Assembly (NCBI RefSeq): GCF_009914755.1 | Contig: NC_060927.1 | Strand: one strand, 5' to 3' | Source: the human T2T-CHM13v2.0 reference genome, Homo sapiens | DNA: 64,000 nucleotides | Shown here: positions 36,174 to 49,666 of the stretch, in pieces | Layout: each line of letters starts with the position of its first letter | How positions within the stretch are numbered: the stretch's first letter is position 1 | The notes under the pieces: model-generated | Told to the model about the DNA's origin: nothing | What the model saw: the letters and a program-made list of their open reading frames with translations, nothing else | The model's database searches: none | Made by a program: the position numbers and the translations under genes

Positions 36174-37574
36174 AGCCAATGTATTGTTTATCTCAGACAT
36201 TTTGGTTTTCATCTCTAGCAGCTCAGTTTGAGCCTTTTAAATATTTTCCATGTTGCTACTTAACATTTCCAACATATTGAATATAGAAACAATAGCTTTT
36301 AATGTCCTTCTCTGCTAATTCTAATATCTGTGTCTGATCGGGGTTGATTTCCATAGATTGATTATTCTCTTCCCTGTGGGTTGTGCTTTCCTGCCTCTTT
36401 GCATGCCTGGGAATATTTGATTGGCTGCCAGACATTGTAAACTTTACCTTTTTGAGTCTTGGATATTTTGTATTCTTTCAATCTTCTGAGCATTGTTCTG
36501 GGATGCTGTTAAATTATTTAGGAACAGTGATTCTTTCTAGTCTTGCTTTTATGATTTATTAGATGAATTCAAAGCAGAGCTCAGTCTAGGGCTCTATTAT
36601 TCCTCATTCTCAGGGCTGGTGGGAATAGGCACTGTTTCCAGCTTTTGTGGGTGCCAGGCACTGTTCTTGCGAATCCTGCAGATGTTTGTCCTCTGACTTT
36701 GGTTAGTTTCCTCACAGGCAAGAGCTGATCCATGCTCTGCTGAACACTTAACGGAGACCCTCTGCACATCTCTGGGTTGTCTCTGTGTGCAGTATTCTCA
36801 TCTCTGATCCAGACGATAATAGCCTGGAATAGGGGAAATGGAAAACTAACTATAAGACAAAGACTTTGGAGTGGCACGTGAGAAGAGAATTGGAGCGTGA
36901 GGCAGCAGTGCTCAGAACATGGTCCTTGGCCAGCACCAGCAAAGGCCGAGAAAGAGATGAGAACGTTTAGAGACCTTCCTAAGAGTTTGACAGAGTGGCT
37001 TTGTGTCAGTTGAATTGGATAATAACTACAGTTGGGGCTTGGATTTTATGTTTCATTTTTCTATATTATTGTATTTTACAAGATAATAAGTCTGACAGAT
37101 GGAAATTAAAAACAAAAGCCTCCCATACCTAGCCCTTTGTCACAGATAAACTGAGAAGGAAGGAGTGATGTAGGGGATTTGGATGAGGAGGGAGAGAGGG
37201 TGGTGGTTATGATTCTTAGCTCTGGTGGGTGTCATTTGAGGAAACGGAAGGTCAGGTAGGGATGCTGGCAACAGTCACACCAGATGCCTGGTATGAGGTG
37301 CACTGGGCTGCGTTCCCTACTGTGATCCCACTTTTATCCTTACCAGGGAACCTGAAGGGTTTGGGTGACAGCCAGGGTCTCATTTCAGGGAAGGGGCAAA
37401 GGCAAGGTTGGACCCCAAGCCTGAGTGCTTTTCCACTTTGCCCCTTTCTGCTGTGCTCCTTGGCTTACTGAGGCTTGGCAAGCCTGCAAAATCGAGGCTG
37501 GATCTCTCCTTCACTTGAGCCAAACCAAATTGATTTGTTTTTAGCAATATCTTTTAAGAGTTAACCTATTCTGG

Positions 37575-37894
37575 GGCTGGGTGTTGTGGCCTATGCCTCT
37601 AATCCTAGCACTTTGGGAGGCTGAGGTAGCCAGATCACCTGAGGTCAGGAATTCAAGACCAACCTGGCCAACATGGTGAAACCCCATCTCTACTAAAAAT
37701 ACAAAAATTACCTGGGAGTGATGGTGCATGCCTGTAGTCCCAGCTACTCAGGAGGCTGAGCCAGGAGGATGGCTTGAATCCAGAAGGCGGAGGTTGCTGT
37801 GAGCCAAGATTGCACCACTGCACTCCAGCCTGAGTGACGGAGCAAGACTGTCTCAAAAAAAAAAAAAAAAAAAAGAAAAAGAAAAAAAAAAAAG
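37575..37894 (+). mobile_element. Alu (S-like)
   Basis: TSD aacctattct. Confidence 0.94.
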
Positions 37895-38496
37895 AACCTA
37901 TTCTAGAAAAGCTATTTGAAGAAGTAGATTGGTTAGAATTTTGTGCGATGATGCAGATATTCTAAAGCTTCCCTAGTCACAAGTGGCCATCAAGTACTCA
38001 AGATATACTTGTTCAAGCCCTGGCGCTAAATTTTTGATGTTATCTTAATTGATTTAAACTTACATAAATAACCACATGTGGCTAGTAGCCACCATGGACA
38101 GTACAGGTAGAAGTCACTAACTGGGACAGTACAATCAAAACAATCCAAGTGACTACTGATTTTTACTTTCTTTTCTCGGAAACTCTTCTCATTGTTGGGA
38201 AACCCTTGCATTTTTACTTCTCAGGGAGATATTTTGGAACTGAAATTTGTGGTGGAGTCTTACCGCCAAGGACCAGTTATGTTTCCAGAATAGGTTATAG
38301 CTTATTTCTATTTTATAGGGAAGGAAGAGTGGTGAGTATTATTGCACGTTTTAGTTTTGTCAGATTAAATGGCTGACCTCTCTTTGTGATGTCCTTAACT
38401 CTTGTTTCCTTTGTTAAACTACACCGGCTTTATCAGATGCATTTTTCTCTTTTAAACTGAGGATGGCTTGAAGGCAAATATAAAATACTCATTCAC

Positions 38497-38796
38497 GGCC
38501 TGCAGGTGGCTCACACCTGTAATCCCAGCACTGTGGGAGGCTGAGGCAGGTGGATAGCTTGAGCCCGGGAGTTTGAGACCAGCCTGGGCAACATGGTGAA
38601 ACCCCGTCTCTACTAAAAATACACACAAAAAATTAGCCAGTCATGGTGGCATCCACGTGTGTTCCCAGCTACTCAAGGCTGAGGTGGGAGGATTGCTCTA
38701 GCCCAGGAGGAGATTGCACCACTGCACTCCAGCCTGGGTGACAGAGTAAGACCCTGTCTCAAAAAAAAAAAAAAAAAAAAAAGAAAAAAGAAAAAA
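38497..38796 (+). mobile_element. Alu (J-like)
   Basis: Dimer with deletion; TSD tcattcac. Confidence 0.92.
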
Positions 38797-38847
38797 TTCA
38801 TTCACTACATCTACAGGAAGTGTCTTTTTGGAGTGGATTCTCTGTGA

Positions 38848-39192
<345 letters not shown>

Positions 39193-39496
39193 TGATGTAA
39201 ATAAAGAAAATAAAGAGCATTTTGACTACTGTCTTCTAAACTGTAAAAATGGTCTATTGAGTATATATTTAGTGTGACGATCATCAGCTATTTCCTAGTG
39301 GAGGGAATTCCTTTACTGGAAGCAGGACGATTCTGAAACTAGAATTATAAAGATGTAACACTGACACTCCCACCCCCAGTTTATGTTTGATGCTGATTAT
39401 TCAGGGATGGTTTAGGTCTTAGCATTTTTGACCAAGATGAACAGCATCAAATGGAAGTGCCAGTTCAGAGACAAGCCTGAGGCATAGTCTGACTTG

Positions 39497-39660
39497 GTGG
39501 TTCTCAAAGTGTGGTCCCTGGACTAGCACCATCAGCATCACTAGGGAACTTAACTAGAAATGCAGAGTCTCGGGCCCCTTCCCACACTTACTAAGTCAGC
39601 AGTCTGTGTTTCAACAAACTCACCTGGTGGTTCTGAAGCATGCTAAGGTTTGAGAACCAC
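39497..39660. mobile_element. MER5A-like hAT MITE
   Basis: TIRs gtggttctcaaa.../...tttgagaaccac. Confidence 0.85.
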
Positions 39661-39860
39661 CTAAGTTTTTGGTGTTTATCCCTCGGCTATTCCATTTTGT
39701 CCTCTGTCCTTATTAGCTCTGCCAAAGCCGCAGCAGCTCCCTAGTGTTACGTCTCTACGTATGAGCCGCCATAACAAGTCAGTGAGGACAGTGAAATTTG
39801 CCTCTTCAAGGGAGCAGAAGGAAGTTTAATTGGGAATGCCAGGAAATCCATCTACTTCCC

Positions 39861-40228
39861 TGGAAGGACTGAACGTTTATACCGCCCCCTCACAAATCCT
39901 TATGTTGAATCTCTAATCCCAACATGATGGTATTTGGAGGTGGAGTCTTTGGGAGGTGATTAAGTTATGAGAGTGGATACTTCCTGAATGGGATTAGTGT
40001 CCTTATAAGAAGAGCTCAGAGATGTAGTTAGTTCCCTTTCCACCATGTGAGAAAACAGCAGGAAGACAGCCATCTGTAAATCAGGAACTGGATCCTCACC
40101 AAGAACCTGACCCTACTAGCACCCTGATGTTGGACTTCCAACCTCCAGAGCTGTGAGAAATAAATGTCTATTGTTTAAGCTACTCACTTTATGGTATTTT
40201 GTTCTAACAGCCTAAAATGACTAAGACA
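39861..40228 (+). mobile_element. MaLR solo LTR (MLT1A-like)
   Basis: tatgttgaatctctaatcccaa...ggacttccaacctccagagctgtgagaaataaa...gactaagaca. Confidence 0.88.
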
Positions 40229-40451
40229 TTCCCCTTAGTCTGAGAGATATTCCTTTTGGAACAGAAAACAAGAGAGACAGTATAGTGTGGTGGAAAGAGT
40301 GTTGACTTTGCACAAGAGAGACCTGGGTTCGAATCTCAACTTTTCTATTTAACTTTTAGCTACATAGGTGAATTTAACCTCTTTAGCTTTTGTTTCTCCA
40401 TCAGAAAAAAAAAAAAAAGCATCAGTAACTCAACCGTAATATAGTAAGTGA

Positions 40452-40763
<312 letters not shown>

Positions 40764-40900
40764 GACAAGTGAGTTTCAACTGCCCAAACGTCAGGGCACA
40801 TTATTGCAAGATTAATGAAATGACTCAAGCAGGCCTCCAGGGCTGGCTGGCTTGGGGTAAATTGTGCTGCTTCAACCTGTCCTTGTCCTGGCTGTGGTTT

Positions 40901-40916
40901 GGCACCACCTAGTGGC
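40901..40916 (-). promoter_or_regulatory. Candidate CTCF motif
   Basis: Minus strand gccactaggtggtgcc versus core CCACYAGRKGGCRS. Confidence 0.45.
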
Positions 40917-41326
40917 GGTTGGGTGCTCTAGCTTAAATGTCAATAAGGAGGATTCTGGATCCTGCTCTTGATTGGAACTTTCAGGACAGTGGCAGTGATT
41001 CCAGGAATTTTCAGGTTAGTTGGCGTCTGTTTCATTGGCCAAATCTGGGGTGATTCAGCCTGGAGAATACCTTTTCTGCCTCCCTGCTTCTCAGCACCAG
41101 GTTGCTTGCTGTTTCCTACCTGGCCTCAGCCTCCTCTCAGCAACCCCCTTTCTCCAAAGATACAAACTTTAGCCTGTCTCCAAGTGGAAGGTTACCTATC
41201 AAGTTACATCTAAATGCCTGTCATCACAAGGAGTTTTTACGGAGCTGTTCATGACACTTAAGTGAGACATGAGGCAAGTAAAAGGCCCAGTACCTAGAAA
41301 GTGTTTGAATGAAAATTCCCTTTTCC

Positions 41327-41506
41327 GGCCAGATATGGTAACTCACACCTGTAATCTCAACGCTTTGGGAGGCCAAGGCGGGAGGATTGCTGAGACCAGG
41401 AGTTCGAGGCTGCAGTGAGCTATGATTGTACCACTGCACTCCAGCCTGGGCAACAGAGCAAGACGCTGTCTCAAAAAAAAAAAAAAAAAAAAGGAAAAAG
41501 AAAGAA
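41327..41506 (+). mobile_element. Monomer-length Alu (FRAM/FAM-like or deleted AluJ)
   Basis: Single-arm structure and A tail. Confidence 0.85.
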
Positions 41507-42480
41507 AGGCCTGTCCCATTTCCTGGCAGAAGAGAGAAACTGGATTCTGCATATAGGTGTGCATCCAACAAGCATTAAATACTGCTGCATGGCCTCATGG
41601 TGCAGTGGAACAAGCACAGTCTTCACAGTCAGACAAATCTGGGTTCCCATCCTGCCCACTTACTACCTGGGTAAGCCTCAATTTCCTTACTTATGAAATG
41701 AAAACGATAATGTGTAATTCATAAGTATCATATTTTTACTCCAGAAAGTTAGGAGTAATCCTTGGGTGTGATTTCAAGTGATTCCCAAAAATAATCAATT
41801 CCTGTATCCTTGTACTGCTCCATGACATTGACATGTGATGTGTTTTATTTCTGCCCGACTCTTTACTGAACCCTTTCTACGCTCACTGAAACCTGGAGTA
41901 GGTGATGGCTTTGAGTAGGAAATGACTTTGTGAGTTTCTTCCGTAAAAGGCATGTGACAGTACAGGGTCAGAAGGTGGAGTGATGCAGTAACCTGTGTGG
42001 CAAAGTTTTCAAGCATTTAAAAATATATGTGAAAGCCCTAAACATAGTACTTAGACCACAGAAGACAATCAGTAGATGTTAGGCTTTTCTCCCACTCAGA
42101 ATACAAACAAATATATTTTGATACACTATCCAGTTTCTAACCTCAGGTGGTCTTTCAAAACCGAAGTGAAAAATGAAGTGTGAGTTCTTCAGAGCAAACT
42201 AAGCCCCACCCTCTTAGGTCAGTGGGGGAGTCTCAGTTTTTTAAAATTTGGAATAAAGGAAAATCAGACGTAGTCCCCCAACCCCCTGTACTGGCCTCCT
42301 GTGTCCGGACATGGGAATTCTCAGCTGTGGGAACTGGCAGCAAGAGGACTTATCTAGCCAGCTGGGCAATTTTTTAAATGATCAGAGCAATACCTGCTCA
42401 TTGGTAAATCTTTGGGAAAGTGTAGGAAAGTATATAGAAGCAACCAACTAGGAAATAAACCATCCCCTCCACCATGCAGA

Positions 42481-42481
42481 T

Positions 42482-42516
<35 letters not shown>

Positions 42517-42802
42517 AGACTGAGTTTTGCTCATGTTGCTCATTGCAGGCTGGAGTGCAATGGTGTGATCTCAGCTCACCACAATCTCCACTCCTTGGGT
42601 TCAAGTGATTCTCCTGCCTCAGCCTCCTGAGTAGCTGGGACTACAGGCATGCACCACCATGCCTGGCTAATTTTGTATTTTTAGTAGAGAGGGGGCTTTT
42701 CCATGTTGGTCAGACTGGTCTTGAACTCCCGACTTCAGGCGATCTGCCCGCCTTGGCCTCTCAAAGTGCTAGGATTACAGGCATGAGCCACCGTGCCTGG
42801 CC
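42481..42802 (-). mobile_element. Alu (S-like) with long poly-T
   Basis: TSD caccatgcagattct. Confidence 0.95.
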
Positions 42803-43267
42803 TCACCATGCAGATTCTAAATATGTCCACTCAGAGGCGTTGCCACTCATGGGCAGATTTCCTTTCCAGTCTTTTTTTCTTTGAATTTCTTTATATAGTT
42901 GAGATGCACAATTTTTAAATCTTGCTTTTTACTTTTCACATTATAACATAAGGGTTTTCTTTTAAGATTAAAAGTATTTTTTCATATTATACATATTTCT
43001 AGAAAAATTTAATATAGAAATATGTGAAGTAAAGTGAAATTTCTCTCTAATACCATCTGTCACTGTACCTAATACTAGAAAGAAAATTTAAAATATTAAA
43101 GTATATAAAGTAGAAAGTGATGTTTCACTGTTATACTTCTACCAGTGTTACCCACTGTTTGTTTTTTTCCCTTTTGCATATCAGTGGTATCTGCAAATTA
43201 CTGAAATGGAATTGTACTATAAATACACTTGTCAAGTTTGCTTTTTTCACTTGTTAATATATTTTCA

Positions 43268-43532
43268 GTCTGGGTGCAGTAGTTCACACCTGTAATCCTG
43301 AGATGGGCTGATCACTTGAGCCCAGGAGTTGTTGACTAGCCTTAGACAACATGGCGAAACACTGTCTCTACAAAAAAATACAAAAATTAGGCAGTTGTGG
43401 TGGTGCACACCTGTAGCCCTATCTACTCAGGAGGCCGAGGTGGGAGGATTCCTTGAGCCTGGGAGGCTGAGGCTGCAGATTGCACCACTGCACTCCAGCC
43501 TGGGTGACAGAGTCAGGCTCCATCTCAAAAAA
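43268..43532 (+). mobile_element. Alu (J-like, deleted)
   Basis: Degenerate dimer. Confidence 0.88.
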
Positions 43533-44353
43533 ACCCCAAACATATATATATGCTATCCCCAAACATATATATATGCTATATATAAGCATTTTCCAATATG
43601 ACTAAAACACTATTTAAATGACATTTTAAATAGCTATGTAACATTTCATCATTTATATGTACTCTGGTTTATATAACCATTCCTCTAAGGCTGCCAGTTT
43701 GGATCTAAGTAAATATTTATTCACTTTTTAAAATTCTTTCCCAAAGCTAAGTCTCAGATAACCTCACTGAGTCAGAGATAAACATTTTAAAGTTTCCCTT
43801 CCAGGGAGAGTTTATCATCTTACACTCTCAGCAGTAGCTTATGAAAATATACAGTGACAACAATCACAAACACTTAAAAAATCTTTGTTGATCTCCTGGA
43901 TGAAAAAGCTTTCGTTTAATTTGTTTCTTAACACTAGAGGGTTCAGTGCTTCTGCATGTTCAATGATCTTCCTCTGTGATTTTTGGAATAGAGGTGATCT
44001 TCGCCCTATTACACAAAACGTTGATTTCCAGCTCAGATTCCTTAGAACTTGCTAACCCCATTCCTGGAACCAAAGTGCTGTTTGCTGTGTTCTCCATACA
44101 TTGGATCAGAAGCCTAAGCTCTGGAAGTCCTGCGCCGTTTCCTGGTGGCCTCCTAGCTCCCTCTAGGGGCCCCATCCGCAACTGCAGCCCCACCTTCTTT
44201 CCTCTCTTGAGGAATGAGTTTACCCTGCGGGAATTCCGAGAAGGAAGAGGCGAAAGTGGGGAGCTCCACAAGTAAAGATTTGGACTTTGTGATCAGACAG
44301 TGTGTGAATAGTTTTGCTTACTGGTTGAGCAAGCTTCTCTTAGGTGGGCTGTC

Positions 44354-44664
44354 TTTTTTTTTTTTTTTTTTTTTTTTTTCCCGAGACGGAGTCTCTCTCT
44401 GTCATAAAGGCTAGAGTGCAATGGCGCGATCTTAGCTTCCTGCAGCCTCCGCCTCCCAGGTTCAAGCGATTCTCCTACCGCGGCCTCCCAAGTAGCTAGG
44501 ATTATAGGCGCGTGCCACCATGCCAAGCTAATTTTTGTATTTTTAGTGGAGATGAGGTTTCGCCATGTTGGCCAGGCTGGTCTCGAACTCGTGATCTCAA
44601 GTGGTCCAACAGCCTCAGCCTCCCAGAGTGCTGGGATCACAGGCGTGAGCCACCGCGCCCGGCC
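44354..44664 (-). mobile_element. Alu (S-like)
   Basis: TSD aggtgggctgt. Confidence 0.95.
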
Positions 44665-45699
44665 AGGTGGGCTGTTTGTGTTCCTCGTCACCTTGTTCCT
44701 GGGGAGGGACAGAGGGCAGCAGATCAGCTGTCACCCAGGTAGGTGTCCGACGTGGGAAAAGTATGGGAAAGATACTCTAGTTAGTTCTCATTTTCTTTTC
44801 TAAAACTTCGAGTTCTCTGGAGTCCCTTTATAGAGAGAAAGTTTAAGTAACTGAAATTAATTTCCATGGCTGTCAAGGGGGTTCTGATGATGATCCCTGA
44901 GATCACCCAGCTGTAGGTAGACATTCTTGGTACCTTAGTTTAGCAGAGTCAGAAAATACTGCGAACGTTCAAGGATGGGGACCTTCTAGAAGAGAGGGCA
45001 ACAGTAACTTTGAGGGGAGGACAAGAGAGCAGCTTTGGAGACCTAAAGAGTTGTGGCCTTCTATGTAAGTCCTATTATCCCTTCCATGCACCCCCACCCA
45101 CATTCCCCTACTCCATTAAACTTTGTTTCAGGTTATAAAAATAATGCATAATTATTGCAGGAAAAAATGGTAATTGAAAATCACCTATTTCTTACACTCA
45201 AAGATAATGACTTAAAATTTGGTGTACATCTTATGTGTATGAGTGTACACATAATTTTGTCATCATATATGTGAGTGTGTTCATAACTGTAACCCACATA
45301 CTTATATACTTCCTTTAAAATATTTTAAGTATTTTTCCCTGTCAATAAATATTTTTTTGAAAACACAATCTTTTTATGGCTGCATAATATTCCAACATGT
45401 ATATGGGTTATCATTTAATAGGAATTGGACATTTGATGCTCATTTTTAGCAAGCTATTATAAATCTGAGATGACGATTTCTGGAACTAGGATAAATTCCT
45501 GAAATAGAATTTTTGGGGAGAAAATATCTGAACTTTGTAAATTCTACTGACATTTAATACAAATTTCTCTCCTAAGAGCTTGTTTTAGCTTCTGCTATCC
45601 CTTGCAGAGTGTGAACAAGTATCTGTTTGTCTGTGTCATTACTAACACTGGGGTTATCATTCTTTTTAAGCTTTGCTAGTCTGATAGGTAAAGCATAGG

Positions 45700-46005
45700 G
45701 TTTTTTGTTGTTGTTTGTTTTTGGAGAGACAGAGTCTCACTCTATTGCCCAGGCTGGCGTGCACAGACGTGATCTCAGCTCACTGCAGTCTCAACCTCTA
45801 GGCACAAGTGATCCTCCTAGCTCAGCCTCCTAAGTAGCTGGGACTACAGGCGTGCCCCACTACACCTAGCTAACTTTTTTATTATTTGTAGAGATGGGAT
45901 CTTGCTGTGTTGCCTAGGCTGGTCTTGAGCTCCTGGGTTCAAGTGATCCTCCCACCTTGGCCTCCCAAAGTGTTGGAATTACAGGTGTGAGCCACTGTGC
46001 CTGGC
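45700..46005 (-). mobile_element. Alu (J-like)
   Basis: Reverse Alu. Confidence 0.92.
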
Positions 46006-46225
46006 AGCAATATTTTTTAAATCATGAGGAAAGCTAAAGATTTTATTTTATAGTTATTGATCATTCATACTTATTTTGTGGTTTGTCTGCCTATTCTTTA
46101 CCCATTTTTTATATAGGACTGTTACTTGAGTTATTTTCATATTAGAGTTACATCCTTTTCTGTCATACAGTATAGATGTTTGCTCTAGTTTGTTATTGCC
46201 TTTTCGTTTACGGTGTTTCACCTAA

Positions 46226-46523
46226 GTGTGTGTGTGTGTGTGTGTGTGTGCGCGTGTAAAACCTACTGGAAGGTACTATGGGAAATAATCCTTATTTACC
46301 TGTCACCCAGAATGCACAGACATTTTTACATTATAGTTTTGGTTTGATATTTTTTATAAAGGAAATTAAATATATAAAAATTGTGTGTGTATTTTAAAAC
46401 CTACTGGAAAGTACTATAGGAAATAATCCTTATTTACCTATCACCCAGAATGCACAGACATTTTTACATTGTAGCTTTGATTCTGTATTTTTATAAAGGA
46501 AATAAAATATTATATAAAAATTG
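46226..46523. repeat. (TG)n microsatellite plus a ~138-bp diverged tandem duplication
   Basis: taaaacctactgga...cacccagaatgcacagacatttttacatt...ataaaaattg at 46257 and 46395. Confidence 0.92.
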
Positions 46524-46644
46524 GAATCATCTTGATTCCTTTTCCCATCCTCTCCCTTCCTTCCCTAGGGCAGCTGCCATTATGAATTGAAATTTTCCTA
46601 CTGTTACCATATATACTATTGTCAATAAAAAACATACAGTACTA

Positions 46645-47003
<359 letters not shown>

Positions 47004-47679
47004 TCATTGGTATATCTTCAGGCATTTTGCCTTATTTGCACTGGTGTTCAGTTCAATTAATAATGATATGCATAGATCTAGCCCTTTCATTTTGACTGCT
47101 GTCTGGTATTACATCCAGTAAATACAGCTCCAGTTTCTTCGTCTATTTATCAATTCTCATATCTAGTGAACACTGAAGACGCTTCTAGTTTTTCCATAAC
47201 AACGTTGCCGTGAACATCCATACATGTCTGTCCTCATGCATGTTTGGGTAATCTTCTCAAGGGGCAACCTTAGAAGTGTGTTGTGGATTATGTGTATTTT
47301 CAGATCTATTGGCCCTTGACAAATTGTTCCCAAGTAGTCATCCCAGTTGATGATACTCCCACCAGTGTGAAAGGGCTCCTCTTGTCCCACACCTTCCAAG
47401 ACATGCTATTAGATTTAGTAATTTTTGCCAATCTATGAAAGTGAGATAGAATCTCATTGTGGTTTTAGTTTGCATTATCCTGATTGTTGATAGGATAGAA
47501 CATCTTTTTATTATAGATATTGGGGTTATGATTAATAATCCTGGTTATTCCTAAGGTATAACAGGTTTTCTATTCTATGCACTTTCTCTTCCTGCCCTTT
47601 GCTCATTTCCCCATTGGATTATTTATCTTTTTCTTATTAATTGGTGTTCTTTGTGTCTTAGGTACTAATACTATTTTAA

Positions 47680-48348
<669 letters not shown>

Positions 48349-49598
48349 TAGAGTATTGCCAAAGCTTCCCCTCCAAGTATGAAGCTGACTTAGCTATATC
48401 TTCAAGGAATGTAGCATATACTCAGAGTATTAAAAAGTCCTACAGGAACCTACAGGAGGGCTGGGGGAAACATTCAGACAACACTAGATCTGGTAGCAAC
48501 GACCACCACAGCAAAGAAGATGGATTTGTAGTTAAAGTTACTTCCTTTTTTATGCCTTTTCCGCTGCGTTGATGCTTTCAGGGTCCTCTCTGAGGTCTGA
48601 GGAATGTTCTTTGACAGTCTTGTCGCTATCTGCCTTGCGCTGCTTTGCCTCCTGTGGGCGTCACCAGGCGAGGGCAGCCAGTGTTCGTCTGGCGGGTTTC
48701 TCTGTATCTCGGGCACTGTTTGTGACAATGATGATTTTACTTTCATTTTGTGGGCTGGCCCCAAAGGGCTTGGTTTAACTTTTTGCAGAGAGTTCATTCA
48801 GTTTCTGAAACCCCCACATTGCCTGTTGAGTATGTGTTGAGCCTAGCACTGGAAATGCCCTCAGATCTGTGAATACTGCCAAGTAGGGGATCCCGGGACA
48901 CCCTCTGCTGACCTTGAGCTCACAGCCCCATTGTGTTTTCCATAAGAGATGAGAGGGACTGATAAAGGATGTTTACCTGTGTTAGCCTTATGGAAGCAAG
49001 AGTTCCATCCAAGGAATCAGGGTGCTTTGAACTTTTCCCACTCCCGCCTACTCGTTTTAGGTCAAGAGAAACAAAAATATCCTTCCAACAATGTGTGTTT
49101 TCTACAGTTTAGGTGAGAAAAAGATAGGAAAATAATAGTTAACCAATGTATAGGACTCTCCTGATAGGCGGTCACAATGGTCCTGGAGCATATGTCCAAG
49201 GTGACTGTCATAAATGCCTGTGGGAAACTGCATCTTCACAAGAGACTGTTGCTTGGATGCCCCCTTGTGTTGCCTCTGCTGTCCTGCCACCAAATGCTTT
49301 GCTGGCATCTTTCCAAGCAGATAGGAGGTGCTGGAAGGTGAGCGTAGGATGACTTCCAAGTCAGCCCTTGAGTCTTTTTGCCAAATAGCACCTGCCAGGG
49401 CACCCTTCCTCCCGGCCTCAGCCTGCCTGCCTCTCGCCGAGGGCCACGGCATCTTTTAGGAACTGGAAAGTGTCATTGACAGTTGGCGGTTTTTACGTGT
49501 TTATTTCTGCCTAAAGATTTTGCTTTTCACTTTTCACTTTTTCCACTGCATATTAAAATTTTTCTTTTTTTACCCTGTGTTTGTGATTTTTTCCTTAG

Positions 49599-49666
49599 GC
49601 CGGAAGCTGAGAGGAAAAGCCTTTTATTTTGTCAACGGCAAAGTGTTTTGTGAAGAAGACTTCCTG
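49599..49666 (+). CDS. LIMD1: LIMD1 exon 3 ((S)RKLRGKAFYFVNGKVFCEEDFL)
   Basis: Acceptor ttttttccttag|GC, donor CTG|gtgagt; 68 nt; completes LIM1 in frame with exon 2. Confidence 0.97.
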
